This document shows, piece by piece, positions 1-9,587 of a stretch of 64,000 nucleotides of DNA. Source of the DNA: a virus (lineage: Duplodnaviria; Caudoviricetes); the IMG/VR virus record IMGVR_UViG_3300031994_000071, positions 1 through 64,000 of that record; one strand, 5' to 3'. Each line of letters begins with the position of its first letter. Positions within the stretch are counted from its first letter, which is position 1. The notes below the pieces were generated by a model. That model did not search any database, was not told where the DNA came from, and was given only the letters and a program-made list of their open reading frames with translations. Made by a program: the position numbers and the translations under genes.

Positions 1-396
1 CTTGCTGCCGCCGGTATCAACATGCGTGCGACCGGCAGCGACCTTTCCGGCATCAGCAAGGACATCGCCGGTGCGTCTGAGGAGAGCATCAACGGCCTGG
101 CGGCAGGCATCAACACGCAGAACTTCTACATGTCGTACATGCCTGCCATCAGCGCGACAGTAGATGCCATCCTCGCGGCCATCGGAGGCTCCACCGGGGA
201 GAACACTGCTGCCGGTCGTGCCATGGCCAGGGCCGCTTCCGCTGATAACCAGACCGGCCAGACCTTCGGTGACGAGACATTCCGTGGACAGATGCAGCGC
301 ATCGACGAGAACATTTCGGAAATACGCTACATGCTCAAGAGCGTGATTACCCCGAAGAGTGCGAATACAAACACTCATGCGGTTGCGACAAAATAA
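1..396 (+). CDS. C-terminal part of probable tail tape-measure protein (5' truncated)
   Basis: Frame open from base 1; Ala/Gly/Ser-rich helical sequence directly upstream of tail genes. Confidence 0.55.
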   Translation, partial: LAAAGINMRATGSDLSGISKDIAGASEESINGLAAGINTQNFYMSYMPAISATVDAILAAIGGSTGENTAAGRAMARAASADNQTGQTFGDETFRGQMQRIDENISEIRYMLKSVITPKSANTNTHAVATK

Positions 397-407
397 AATA
401 CTTTTTG

Positions 408-415
408 TATCTTTG
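408..415 (+). promoter_or_regulatory. Bacteroidota sigmaA -7 box TATCTTTG
   Basis: Matches TAnnTTTG, 4 nt before ATG at 420. Confidence 0.55.
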
Positions 416-419
416 CGCT

Positions 420-911
420 ATGAAGGAGAACCAATGGAAATCAGTCGTAATTGCGGATGCCATCAGTAAGGGCATCTGCAATGAATATGCCGAACTGCTG
501 AGCAGGAGCAAGGATTTAACTCAATTCCTGCACCTGTACCGTCGTGGTGTTGACTGGTCCCTGGAGAATGACTGTCCTTCGATTGCTCTGATGCGTCAGT
601 TTCCGGAAGAGAGGCTTGACTTGCATGGTATTTTCATAGACAAACACTTTGACGGCGATGTCCTGATTGACCGTGGCGTGTATATCTTCCAGCACTGCAC
701 CGGCACCATCAGGACCGGCCTCAATGTGGACCGCAAGGAGATTCCCATGCTGTACTTTGCCAACGGATGTGACATGCGAATCGAGAGCGCGAACGATTTT
801 GTCCTTCCCACCCCCATTAAGGTTCCCCTTTATATCTTCGGAGCCAACAGCGTTACCTGTGAGGCCACCCCGAAGATTCTGGGAGTAACTTATAACAAGG
901 AGGTCAAATAA
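420..911 (+). CDS. hypothetical protein
   Basis: ORF between tape measure and tail genes; start moved to 420, downstream of the -7 box. Confidence 0.75.
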   Translation: MKENQWKSVVIADAISKGICNEYAELLSRSKDLTQFLHLYRRGVDWSLENDCPSIALMRQFPEERLDLHGIFIDKHFDGDVLIDRGVYIFQHCTGTIRTGLNVDRKEIPMLYFANGCDMRIESANDFVLPTPIKVPLYIFGANSVTCEATPKILGVTYNKEVK

Positions 912-912
912 T

Positions 913-1284
913 ATGGAAGGAGGAACCATAATTTTAGATATGATGCGTGATGTTGCGCTGCCTATCGTCACGGCCATCATCGGCTGGTTTGCAAGCATCT
1001 GGCGCTCGAAGCAGAAAAAGGAGAAGGACGTGCTTGAGAACGTCACGCAGATTTTGGACATGCAGAAGAAGTACATCTCCGACCAGGACGAGGAGAACCG
1101 CAAAACACGCGATTTGAACCGCCTGCTGGAAAAGAAACTTGATGACAAGCGCGAGTCCATCCGCCGGGCCAACCACTGTCAGTACACTGCCGAGGGCGAA
1201 GGCTGTCCTGTTCTGGCCCACGAGGACGAGTTGGACGATCAATGTAAAAGATGCGAATTGAAACATGCTCACGGCAAGGATTAA
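913..1284 (+). CDS. membrane-anchored coiled-coil protein, possible holin
   Basis: N-terminal hydrophobic helix (VALPIVTAIIGWFASIW) followed by charged coiled coil. Confidence 0.45.
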   Translation: MEGGTIILDMMRDVALPIVTAIIGWFASIWRSKQKKEKDVLENVTQILDMQKKYISDQDEENRKTRDLNRLLEKKLDDKRESIRRANHCQYTAEGEGCPVLAHEDELDDQCKRCELKHAHGKD

Positions 1285-1735
1285 AATAGGCGATGGAGCC
1301 ATACAGGATTCCCAGGTCCACGGTCTCGTCTTTCTGTCCTCCGATTCCCGGCTTGCGCCGGACTCGAAGGATTTTGACGTTACTGCCTACCCCGAGCAGG
1401 AGGGTGAGAATCTGAGTCCGAAGACCGTTGATGCGCCATTCGATTACAAGGTCAAGTTCTACATCAAGGCCGAAGGTCGCCTGGAGAACGCGAACCAGAA
1501 GGTTGCCGCTTTCAATGCGCTGCTTTACGACCAGGACCATGTTGGTGGAGTCAAGACCTACAAGCAGGTCGAGTTTTACAACGATTATAAGAAGGTGCTT
1601 ATCGTCGGCTATCCTAAGCCCATTGCGACCCCTACGAAATTCTGGCGTGATTCCTCTGGAGAGACCCATGATGTCGTAGTGGTTGAATGGACTATCCGAG
1701 TGAATAAGCCGAGCCTCTGCGATTTCAACTTATGA
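1265..1735 (+). CDS. putative distal tail (Dit-like) protein
   Basis: 156 aa beta-rich ORF between tape measure and large tail protein; positional inference. Confidence 0.45.
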   Translation: MLTARIKIGDGAIQDSQVHGLVFLSSDSRLAPDSKDFDVTAYPEQEGENLSPKTVDAPFDYKVKFYIKAEGRLENANQKVAAFNALLYDQDHVGGVKTYKQVEFYNDYKKVLIVGYPKPIATPTKFWRDSSGETHDVVVVEWTIRVNKPSLCDFNL

Positions 1736-4700
1736 TACCAGGAATAACCGAAGTCAATTTCCCGTCCTATGCGACGTTGAACCAGGCGACCATCTCCTTT
1801 GAGGAGATGGGCGAGCGCGTTATTACGGCCCAGGTACGGATTGACGGCGACATTGTTCCGGACTTCGAGAGTGAGGAGTGGGCGCTTGTGTACGAGGGTG
1901 AGAAGTTCGTGCTGAACACTCACACCCCTCAGGCATCAAAGGACAACACCACAAGGAACTCTCTGGTGGACTTGACCTTCACGTCCTTCCCGATTTCCGA
2001 ACTCAAGCGGTATTTCTTCATCGAACTGTCCGAGGTTGAACTTGGTACGGTCGTTATCAACAAATACATAGCCTCCCTGCGCCTGTCGGCACAGAACTTC
2101 ATCACGGCATTCAATCGGGTACTGGAGTATTACTTCGGCCCGAACAAGTTCGTAATTGAGGTTGAAGACGGCACGGAACTGTCCGACGAGGTGAAGGAGG
2201 TGACTATCGAATACACCTACCTGTGGGATGTGCTCCCGGCGCTCTATGACGTGTACGGCCTGATATGGCATCTCCAGACGGTAGGCAGCACCCACTACAT
2301 CCGCGTAGGCGGCTCAGTGGAGAAGATTCCGAACCATATCTGGCAGTACGGCTATTCCGGTGGCCTTACCCGCATCGAGCGGCAGTTGCAGGATGCGGAC
2401 ATCTACAACCAGTTGCTCGGTCGTGGCGGCGAGAAGAACCTTCCTTACAGGTACTTCAAGAAGCCGGACCCGAACAATACGGCCTTTGCCGGAGATCCTG
2501 ATGCCTGCGCCGAGTTGGCGAACGTCTATTTCGAGCGCCTGCTTGACCTTAACTTCCGTTACTACGTCAAGGGCTGGCTCCGAAACCCGAACAGGCCCGC
2601 GAATCCAGACTACCCTGTCCCGTCCACTCCGGAGAGCGCCGAGATTCAGTCGCATTGGGCCTACCGGAAGGGCCTCACGGACGAGAAGTTCCAGCCGATT
2701 GAGTATGTAGAGGACGCGGCCTCCATAGCCGAATACGGAGTGCGCCAGGGAAAGTTGGATGATGATGATACCATCTTCCCAACCATTCAGGGCATCACCG
2801 TTGCCCCCTACGGCAGAATTGACGAGACGGTGGCCATTGGTACGATTACTGACGGAGACGATGGAGGCGCCACTTCCGAGGTGAGCCTTGGTGACATGGT
2901 GAGGCGCCAGAATTTCAGCGCAGGTTCCTTCCGCCGCTCCTTCCAGTTCACCGGCCCGTCCTTCGAGGTTCCTTCCGGACACCTCGGGCAGATTTCCTAC
3001 AACTGGTATATCAGCAACGATCAGTCCGGCCTTTCCTATCCGAACTATGCCTACGCCTTCTCGCAACTGACCAGCGAGTCCGAGATTGTGGCCGTCCGTG
3101 AGAGGGATAATGTGGAGTTTCCTATCGGCAACATACCCGGAGGTGACGTGTACCATCTGCGCATCAGCATGGTGTTCGACGCCAGACCGGCTGACAAGAT
3201 GACCATCCGTGAGGTTGGATTGAAGAATGTCGTGCTGAAAAACACGGTGGTCACTTCCGATGGCCGCAATCCTCTCACGTTCAACGTATGGGTAAAGAAC
3301 ATCTGGCAGACCGAGCAGGGTGCCAATGAGACCGACCTTGAGTACATGAAGCGTGTCTGGGAGCCTATCCTGGGCGACCGTGTTGGTAACGAGGCCAAGA
3401 TTGTCTTCTCCGACGGCTGGATGTCCGCATCGAGCGACTATGAATTTACCATAGTGGACTGGCCTTCCGTGGACCGCACCAAGAGCATCAATGGCGTTGC
3501 GTCCGAGTGGCGCCTTTGCCTGGCGAAGTCCGACGTGGACTACGAATCCACGGGCAAGTATATCCCGAGCGCTGAGACGGCAAAGCCCGTCGCTGGGGAC
3601 CACTTCTTCTTTATCGGCATCGACATGCCCCATATCTACGTATTGTGGGCGGAGAAGAAACTGAATGAGACGAAGCAGGCCGCTCTGGATGCGAAGGCTT
3701 ACGCCAATCCCACCTGGGCCGTGCAACTCGATACCGTCCGCATCAACACCCTTCATGGTGACGAGGTGGACACGCTGATGAGTGAATTGGCTGTCGGCAA
3801 GGTGATGGAGATTTACGACCCGCGCTTCTCAGGCGGTGAGATACTGCAACTCGCCATCCGGTCCATGACAATCACATGGAGCGAGAGCACGGTGATGTAC
3901 CCCGCCGTCGAGGTTGTCCTTTCCGAGAACGTACTGGGCCGGTCTTCCGGCTCCGCTGCGTTGTCTCCCGAGCAAATCCTTGCGAACGTCAATAACACGG
4001 TGGCCAAGGTGCAGGCAACACAGATGGTCATGCAGAAGCGCTACCTGTCCAGGGAGACTGAGGACACGGCTGTCGGAAAGATCAAGATGGCCAAGGGCAC
4101 GTCCTTTGGTGATTATGCCGAGGGCCTTGCCGGTATGGGCGGTAATATCGACGAACATGGCCGTGGCGAACTTGACGAGTTGAGCATCCGTCACTTCCTT
4201 GAGGTGCCGGAACTGCGCTACAACCGCATCGACATCATCGTTGGCAACAACTGGCGTGCTCCGGGCGGAGGCGTCATTGAGAGGGTGGAACCTGACTACG
4301 ACGGGAACGGCAACATGCTGAATACCGGCGTGGCTTATCTCCACCTGGAGGAAGGTGAGATTGGTAAGTTGGCCCTGGATGACATCTGCATGGGCATCTT
4401 CCACGACGGTATCAACGAGAGCAACAACGCCCTTGCGGATGGTGACGATGGCATCGGGAACTTCCAGTTCTCCGGTTTCTACACCACCTACTTCCGCGTG
4501 ACCGAAATCCTGGCTGAGGACAACCACTGCTTCCGGTATGCCATCCGGCCCGTATCGGCCAGGTGGACCCAGACGCATCACCCGTGCGAGGCTATGCACT
4601 TTGTGGCATACGGCAACTTCTCCGACAAGACCAGGCAGACCAGCCGTTACAGCACCAGAACCTACGAGCGCTACCTTAAGGACGTCAACTCCTGGGAGTT

Positions 4701-5154
4701 CACCGCAGACAACATTGGTGCCCAGTTCGGAGACCTGTCCAACCTCAGCCTGTTCGGGCTGAACATGACCGGCTATTCCGCGTACCTGAACAATATCTAC
4801 ATGTCCGGCACCATCCAGCAGTTCGAGCACCTGCCGTACAGAATCGAGATTGACACGGAGGGCATGGATACCCTGGCCTACGGCGAGACGCTGCATCTGT
4901 CATGCCGCGTTTACAAGGGCTGGGAGGACGTGACGGACAAAGTGGTCGATTGGGATATCATCCGGGATACCGGAGACCCGCAGGCCGATGCCGCATGGGC
5001 GCTGCTCCCGAAGGTGAAGAACTTTGAAGGAAGCATCGACATCGTGCATACAGTGTCTTATACAGACCTCGCAGAGATTGGAGTGAGCACCCTTTTCACC
5101 ATCCAGGCTCTCGTGAACGACGGGGGCGAAGCAGAATATAACTTAACGATATAG
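1732..5154 (+). CDS. large tail/baseplate hub protein
   Basis: 1140 aa; tail-spike/endopeptidase-like N-terminus (LLGRGGEKNLPYRY, YGVRQG), position in tail module. Confidence 0.65.
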   Translation: MIPGITEVNFPSYATLNQATISFEEMGERVITAQVRIDGDIVPDFESEEWALVYEGEKFVLNTHTPQASKDNTTRNSLVDLTFTSFPISELKRYFFIELSEVELGTVVINKYIASLRLSAQNFITAFNRVLEYYFGPNKFVIEVEDGTELSDEVKEVTIEYTYLWDVLPALYDVYGLIWHLQTVGSTHYIRVGGSVEKIPNHIWQYGYSGGLTRIERQLQDADIYNQLLGRGGEKNLPYRYFKKPDPNNTAFAGDPDACAELANVYFERLLDLNFRYYVKGWLRNPNRPANPDYPVPSTPESAEIQSHWAYRKGLTDEKFQPIEYVEDAASIAEYGVRQGKLDDDDTIFPTIQGITVAPYGRIDETVAIGTITDGDDGGATSEVSLGDMVRRQNFSAGSFRRSFQFTGPSFEVPSGHLGQISYNWYISNDQSGLSYPNYAYAFSQLTSESEIVAVRERDNVEFPIGNIPGGDVYHLRISMVFDARPADKMTIREVGLKNVVLKNTVVTSDGRNPLTFNVWVKNIWQTEQGANETDLEYMKRVWEPILGDRVGNEAKIVFSDGWMSASSDYEFTIVDWPSVDRTKSINGVASEWRLCLAKSDVDYESTGKYIPSAETAKPVAGDHFFFIGIDMPHIYVLWAEKKLNETKQAALDAKAYANPTWAVQLDTVRINTLHGDEVDTLMSELAVGKVMEIYDPRFSGGEILQLAIRSMTITWSESTVMYPAVEVVLSENVLGRSSGSAALSPEQILANVNNTVAKVQATQMVMQKRYLSRETEDTAVGKIKMAKGTSFGDYAEGLAGMGGNIDEHGRGELDELSIRHFLEVPELRYNRIDIIVGNNWRAPGGGVIERVEPDYDGNGNMLNTGVAYLHLEEGEIGKLALDDICMGIFHDGINESNNALADGDDGIGNFQFSGFYTTYFRVTEILAEDNHCFRYAIRPVSARWTQTHHPCEAMHFVAYGNFSDKTRQTSRYSTRTYERYLKDVNSWEFTADNIGAQFGDLSNLSLFGLNMTGYSAYLNNIYMSGTIQQFEHLPYRIEIDTEGMDTLAYGETLHLSCRVYKGWEDVTDKVVDWDIIRDTGDPQADAAWALLPKVKNFEGSIDIVHTVSYTDLAEIGVSTLFTIQALVNDGGEAEYNLTI

Positions 5155-5158
5155 TGAT

Positions 5159-6403
5159 ATGCAGAGTAATAAGAAACGAATAAGGATAGACTACGCTCCG
5201 TTGAACGTAGCCGTTTCCATGCAATGCACCACTCCGCTGTCTCCGGCCCTGCAAGTGTTCAATGCTGCACTTGCATCGGGATTGCAGTATGAACCCGACC
5301 GCGAGATTTCTCCTTCCCAGTTCTGGCCGGAGATAATCGCCAACGCGGCGGACGGCTCCTGGCATAACCAGTATGCCAACTCGCTGCTCACCGAAATGCA
5401 CTGGTTCGTGGATGGCGTAGATATCACGCTCCATCCCGACTGGCAGGGAGACAACGGGGCCGGGGACGCGAAGTACGAGATTGACACTTCTGGTTCCAAC
5501 TATCGTGGTGCGCTCACCGTCCGGATGAACATTTCACCGGACAAGCAGTACAGCATCCACTTCGAGGGTGTGATTGCTGATCCTCGCCTTGGTACCAGGA
5601 TTCCCGTCAAGACGGACCCTATCATCCTGTCCACGGAAGACATATCCGAGGATTCATTCTCTATCTCCATCGGGGATGACCAGATTATCCAGTACAATCC
5701 GTTCAAGGACAAACTCCACCTGTACGACTTCAAGGTGGCCCACGGAAAGGTGACTGCAAGCGCATCAGCCGAGGCTGCTGCCACCGACGAGAACGCCTAC
5801 AAGCGCACCATCCCAGTGACGGTACACCAAGGCTCCGAGATTGTCACGACCGGATACACGCTTGAACTTTACAGGGTCAACAGCGCGACTTCCTTCACGA
5901 AACTCGTACCTGGTACGGATAAGGAGGTCCTGTCGGTCAGCAACACGGCCATCGTCCTGGATCTGCGGCTCATCACCAAGGAAGACTTCCTTGTTGTCGC
6001 CGCCCTTACCGACAGCGCCCGTCCGAATCCCCAGGTGCAGTTCTCCGTCAACCGTGTTTACCAGAACTATAACCTGGAACCCACGAACGGGGCCAGCATC
6101 GTACCGAGCGATATCCAGCGCTACGACGAGGTGATGTGCCAGTCTGACGGTCAGGTCGTGGAAGAGCCGGAAAGCATCATCAAGATTGACTGGTACACCG
6201 ACACGGCCACCAAGACGAACCTCCACCACAACGAGGGACAGAAGACCATCTTCACCATAGCCAAGACCGGCATCGGTAAGACCTTCGAGGATGACTGGAT
6301 GGATATCAAGGCCGAGGGTGAGATTAAGCCAGCATACGATGTTGCTACGGACGGTACCGACATCTACGTTGACGAGAACGGTGACACGCTAATCTTCAAT
6401 TAA
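5159..6403 (+). CDS. tail-associated structural protein
   Basis: 414 aa beta-rich ORF in tail operon. Confidence 0.55.
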   Translation: MQSNKKRIRIDYAPLNVAVSMQCTTPLSPALQVFNAALASGLQYEPDREISPSQFWPEIIANAADGSWHNQYANSLLTEMHWFVDGVDITLHPDWQGDNGAGDAKYEIDTSGSNYRGALTVRMNISPDKQYSIHFEGVIADPRLGTRIPVKTDPIILSTEDISEDSFSISIGDDQIIQYNPFKDKLHLYDFKVAHGKVTASASAEAAATDENAYKRTIPVTVHQGSEIVTTGYTLELYRVNSATSFTKLVPGTDKEVLSVSNTAIVLDLRLITKEDFLVVAALTDSARPNPQVQFSVNRVYQNYNLEPTNGASIVPSDIQRYDEVMCQSDGQVVEEPESIIKIDWYTDTATKTNLHHNEGQKTIFTIAKTGIGKTFEDDWMDIKAEGEIKPAYDVATDGTDIYVDENGDTLIFN

Positions 6404-6405
6404 CC

Positions 6406-6615
6406 ATGTTGTACATCATAGCGAACAAACAGAAAGCCGCCGAGGTGGGAATCTCACCTCGCGGCCATCGCGTCAACGGGGACCATATCATCGTCAATGA
6501 GAAGGAACTGAACTACGTGCCGGGTGACACCCTGGAAGAGAGGGCCGGACGCGTTGACGGAAAGGTCTATGACGCCATCGAAATCAAGAAACTAATCATT
6601 AAAGGAGACTGGTAA
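6406..6615 (+). CDS. small hypothetical tail-region protein
   Basis: Tightly coupled ORF (TAATG overlap with next gene). Confidence 0.7.
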   Translation: MLYIIANKQKAAEVGISPRGHRVNGDHIIVNEKELNYVPGDTLEERAGRVDGKVYDAIEIKKLIIKGDW

Positions 6616-7715
6616 TGGATAATTACAGCGCACAAAACAGTATCACGGTCAAGCGCCTCCGCAACGGTGATACCTTCTTCATCTCATTCGGTAACAACGG
6701 AGTGCCGCTCTACCAGGGCGTTGATCCCGTTACCGGCGTTGTCACTCCCTCCTGGGGAACCGGGTCCGGGCAGGTGACTCCTATCATCACACCTCAGGTG
6801 ACTTCCGCACGCGGCAACTCCGTTACGCTCGGCTCTCACCAGTGGAACTACAACGGTCTTGCCCTAAACTTCTCCGGCAGCACCGTGACCATCGGAGGCG
6901 TCGTGTACACCAAGGCTTCCAATGACGGAAGATTTGCCATGGCCAGCACGGGCGCCCTTGCAATCATCGGAGACCTGGCCAGCACGACCAACATCGCATC
7001 CGACTCCCTCACGTACTCCTGCATCGCCACTGTGGCCGGTGTCGAATACTCGCTCACCAAGAGCGTTGACATCCAGATTCAGAGCATCGGCGCATCGTCC
7101 TACTACGGGACGATCAACGCCTCCTCCGAGCAGTTGACCGCAGCCGTCACCCAGACCACCGTCAAGACCGCGCTCTACCTGGGCGGCACCGTGCAGAACT
7201 CCTACTACGTGAAGTGGTACAAGGACGACACGCACTGGAGCGAGAAACTGGGCCAGACCCAGATCACCATTACGCGGGCCGACGTGGACGGCACCCAGTT
7301 GTTTATCGCCGAGTTCTACAAGAGCCAGGCTGATTATGAAGGCGGTGCCGACCCTATCTTCCGTGCGGGTATCCGCATCATCGACACCCTGGACGATTAC
7401 CATGTGGAACACCGTTACGTCAATAGCGACGGAACGACCACGGGCACGCCTAACCGCGAGGTTGACACCGGGAAGCCGGTCTATCTCCAGGCTTATGTGG
7501 TAAACGTCAGGACCAACACGGAACTGACAACCATCAGCGGCTCCTGGGTGTCTCACGTAATGGACCCGGACGGCTGGGTGGAGCGCAAGCGCGTGCCTGC
7601 CTCCGGAACGAATACCGGCGCCACTAACCTGGTGAGCGTGACTGTGGCGGAGACCGACATCAACGGTGTTGAGAAGGATGCCGTGGTTGTATCCGAAGTT
7701 GAATGGACAATGTAA
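6615..7715 (+). CDS. tail-associated structural protein
   Basis: 366 aa Thr/Ser/Gly-rich, Ig-like character, in tail operon. Confidence 0.55.
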   Translation: MDNYSAQNSITVKRLRNGDTFFISFGNNGVPLYQGVDPVTGVVTPSWGTGSGQVTPIITPQVTSARGNSVTLGSHQWNYNGLALNFSGSTVTIGGVVYTKASNDGRFAMASTGALAIIGDLASTTNIASDSLTYSCIATVAGVEYSLTKSVDIQIQSIGASSYYGTINASSEQLTAAVTQTTVKTALYLGGTVQNSYYVKWYKDDTHWSEKLGQTQITITRADVDGTQLFIAEFYKSQADYEGGADPIFRAGIRIIDTLDDYHVEHRYVNSDGTTTGTPNREVDTGKPVYLQAYVVNVRTNTELTTISGSWVSHVMDPDGWVERKRVPASGTNTGATNLVSVTVAETDINGVEKDAVVVSEVEWTM

Positions 7716-7731
7716 ACCAAATCAATAAGTT

Positions 7732-9045
7732 ATGGCAAACAAACCTTTAGCAAACGCTGCTGTCGTTTCGTCCATGCTTAAGTCGAACTGTCTTCTTGTC
7801 GAGATCGGCGGTGCCATCCGCCGTATCTCGATGGAGGACTTTGAGACTGCCATGAACGAAGGGCAGGCAGAACTCCTCCACCAGGTAGCGTGGGGATTCC
7901 CTCTTAAGGATGCTACCCAGACCAGCCCGGCCTGGGGCATGATTGGCAACATCGCAGCCTATCAGTCCTACAAGGCGAAGGTAGGCCGGTATCTCATGGA
8001 TACCAATGGCCGTGCGGCAAAGTTGCACAAGAACAATTCCGGCGTGTTCGCGGACGGAACGGCCCTTGACGAGACGAAGGGATCCGTGGTGGTCATCGCT
8101 CCGCGCCTGTACTTCCTCGTCCAGACCGATGCTGAGACGAACATCCCTTACCTGTGGGCGTCCGAGTTCCCTATCTCCGCTCACTACCTGGCAAACTGCG
8201 ACAACGGAAACCGTATGTGCATCGGCGCCTATAAGGGTTCCATCTCCAGCGGAAAACTTGTGTCTCGCTCCGGTGTTGACTTCGATACTTCGAGCAAGAC
8301 CATCCAGGGCTACTTCAATGCGGCCCAGTCCTTCGGTGTCAACTGGGGCCTGGAAGACTACGACTTCCTCCGCTGGTTTGAGATTATGTGCCTGTCTGAG
8401 GCTAACGGCAATGCCAACGCTCAGGCGAGTCTCGGCCAGGGCCTTGGCGGTGCTGCCGGTTTCGACTGGGGTACGGTCAACTCATCCACTACCCTCAAGA
8501 AGACCGGTGCTACGAAGGGCCTTGGCGACGAATCCGGCACTGTGGCTGTTTCTGGAGCCAATGCTGATTCCACCCATGTCTCCGTGCTCGGCATTGAGGA
8601 TAAGTGGAATCTCCAGTGGGAGTTCGTTCAGGGCATCTTCTTCGGCAACAGCGGCAATGCCGCTCAGGACGGAGACGAGGTGTACATCTACAAGGGCAAC
8701 CGCCTGCCTTCCGCTTCCGAGTTGGCATCACACCCGGACGGTGAGTTCCGCGAACTGACCAGGCTGACCACAAGCGGCTACGCCAAAGTAATGACCAAGG
8801 GCGAATTCTTCGACATCATCGCCACCTCCCTCGACGGAGGCTCCTCGAACGTGTCCTGGTCCGATTACTTTTATGGCAACACCACAGGCCAGGTCTGCCT
8901 TGTCGGCGGTGACTCGGCTGACGGGTCGGGGTCGGGGCCGCTCTCCGTGTACTCGAGCATCGCCTGGTCGTTCGCGTACTCGGACTTCGGCGCCCGCCCT
9001 GCATATTATGGTCCTGTGACCATTGTAGATGGCGCTGACCTATAA
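7732..9045 (+). CDS. DGR target 1: probable receptor-binding/adhesin protein with C-terminal C-type-lectin-like variable region
   Basis: C-terminus (VCLVGGDSADGSGSGPLSVYSSIAWSFAYSDFGARP) is encoded by VR1; IGAYKG and GIEDKWNLQWEFV motifs are typical of CLec-fold DGR targets. Confidence 0.9.
   Translation: MANKPLANAAVVSSMLKSNCLLVEIGGAIRRISMEDFETAMNEGQAELLHQVAWGFPLKDATQTSPAWGMIGNIAAYQSYKAKVGRYLMDTNGRAAKLHKNNSGVFADGTALDETKGSVVVIAPRLYFLVQTDAETNIPYLWASEFPISAHYLANCDNGNRMCIGAYKGSISSGKLVSRSGVDFDTSSKTIQGYFNAAQSFGVNWGLEDYDFLRWFEIMCLSEANGNANAQASLGQGLGGAAGFDWGTVNSSTTLKKTGATKGLGDESGTVAVSGANADSTHVSVLGIEDKWNLQWEFVQGIFFGNSGNAAQDGDEVYIYKGNRLPSASELASHPDGEFRELTRLTTSGYAKVMTKGEFFDIIATSLDGGSSNVSWSDYFYGNTTGQVCLVGGDSADGSGSGPLSVYSSIAWSFAYSDFGARPAYYGPVTIVDGADL
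8892..9005 (+). repeat. DGR variable region VR1
   Basis: 114 nt copy of TR; 17 mismatches counted, all at TR adenines. Confidence 0.97.
9008..9023 (+). promoter_or_regulatory. DGR target-recognition hairpin downstream of VR1
   Basis: ATGGTC-CTGT-GACCAT, 6-bp stem with 4-nt loop starting 3 nt after VR1. Confidence 0.65.
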
Positions 9046-9102
9046 TGTATTAACCAGTTCTTTGAAACACCCTTGCAATTAAGCAAATCCACGAACGATA
9101 AA

Positions 9103-9586
9103 GCGCGGGGCAGTCGCCCCAAAGCGGCTGCAACCGCGCCGAATTCGTGGTAGGTAGGAGGGGGTATAGTACGCTCGGTGGTTCCAGTTCATTCGGTCTG
9201 CCTTGTCGGCGGTAACTCGGATAACGGGTCGAAGTCGGGGCCGCTCTACGTGAACTCGAACAACGCCTGGTCGAACGCGAACTCGAACATCGGCGCCCGC
9301 CATACAAAGTGAATACCCTGGTTTCTCGTTTTGCCGGATAGATACCGGCCAGCGAACCCCCTCAGCCTTGACCCCGGCGGCAGGTCGCGCCGGAGAGTCA
9401 GAACATCTCGAATGCGGGAGAGCGGCCCGGAGTATGGGCCTGCGAGCGGGGCTAATGTAGGTTTGGCCGAGCGTGTAGTGACCGTGAGTAAGCGTTTTGT
9501 AATCGCCGAAGTGTCACTCCGATGGCAACTCTCGAACGTCCCGGGCGGAATCACTATTGCAGGGAACAAAAAAATGCTTACCTTTG
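9103..9586 (+). ncRNA. putative DGR TR-containing RNA with structured flanks
   Basis: Hairpins 9107-9120, 9124-9137 and 9333-9349; long-range pairing of 9488-9498 with 9571-9581. Confidence 0.55.
9195..9308 (+). repeat. DGR template region (TR)
   Basis: Non-coding, AAC-codon-rich master copy of VR1 and VR2, located between target and RT. Confidence 0.97.
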
Positions 9587-9587
9587 T

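Noticed and set aside
2314-4896. Long antisense ORFs (2314-3756, 3829-4896; likewise 59505-61055, 61164-62168, 35274-36107)
   Set aside because: Shadow frames of high-GC3 genes on the opposite strand, with no recognisable motifs
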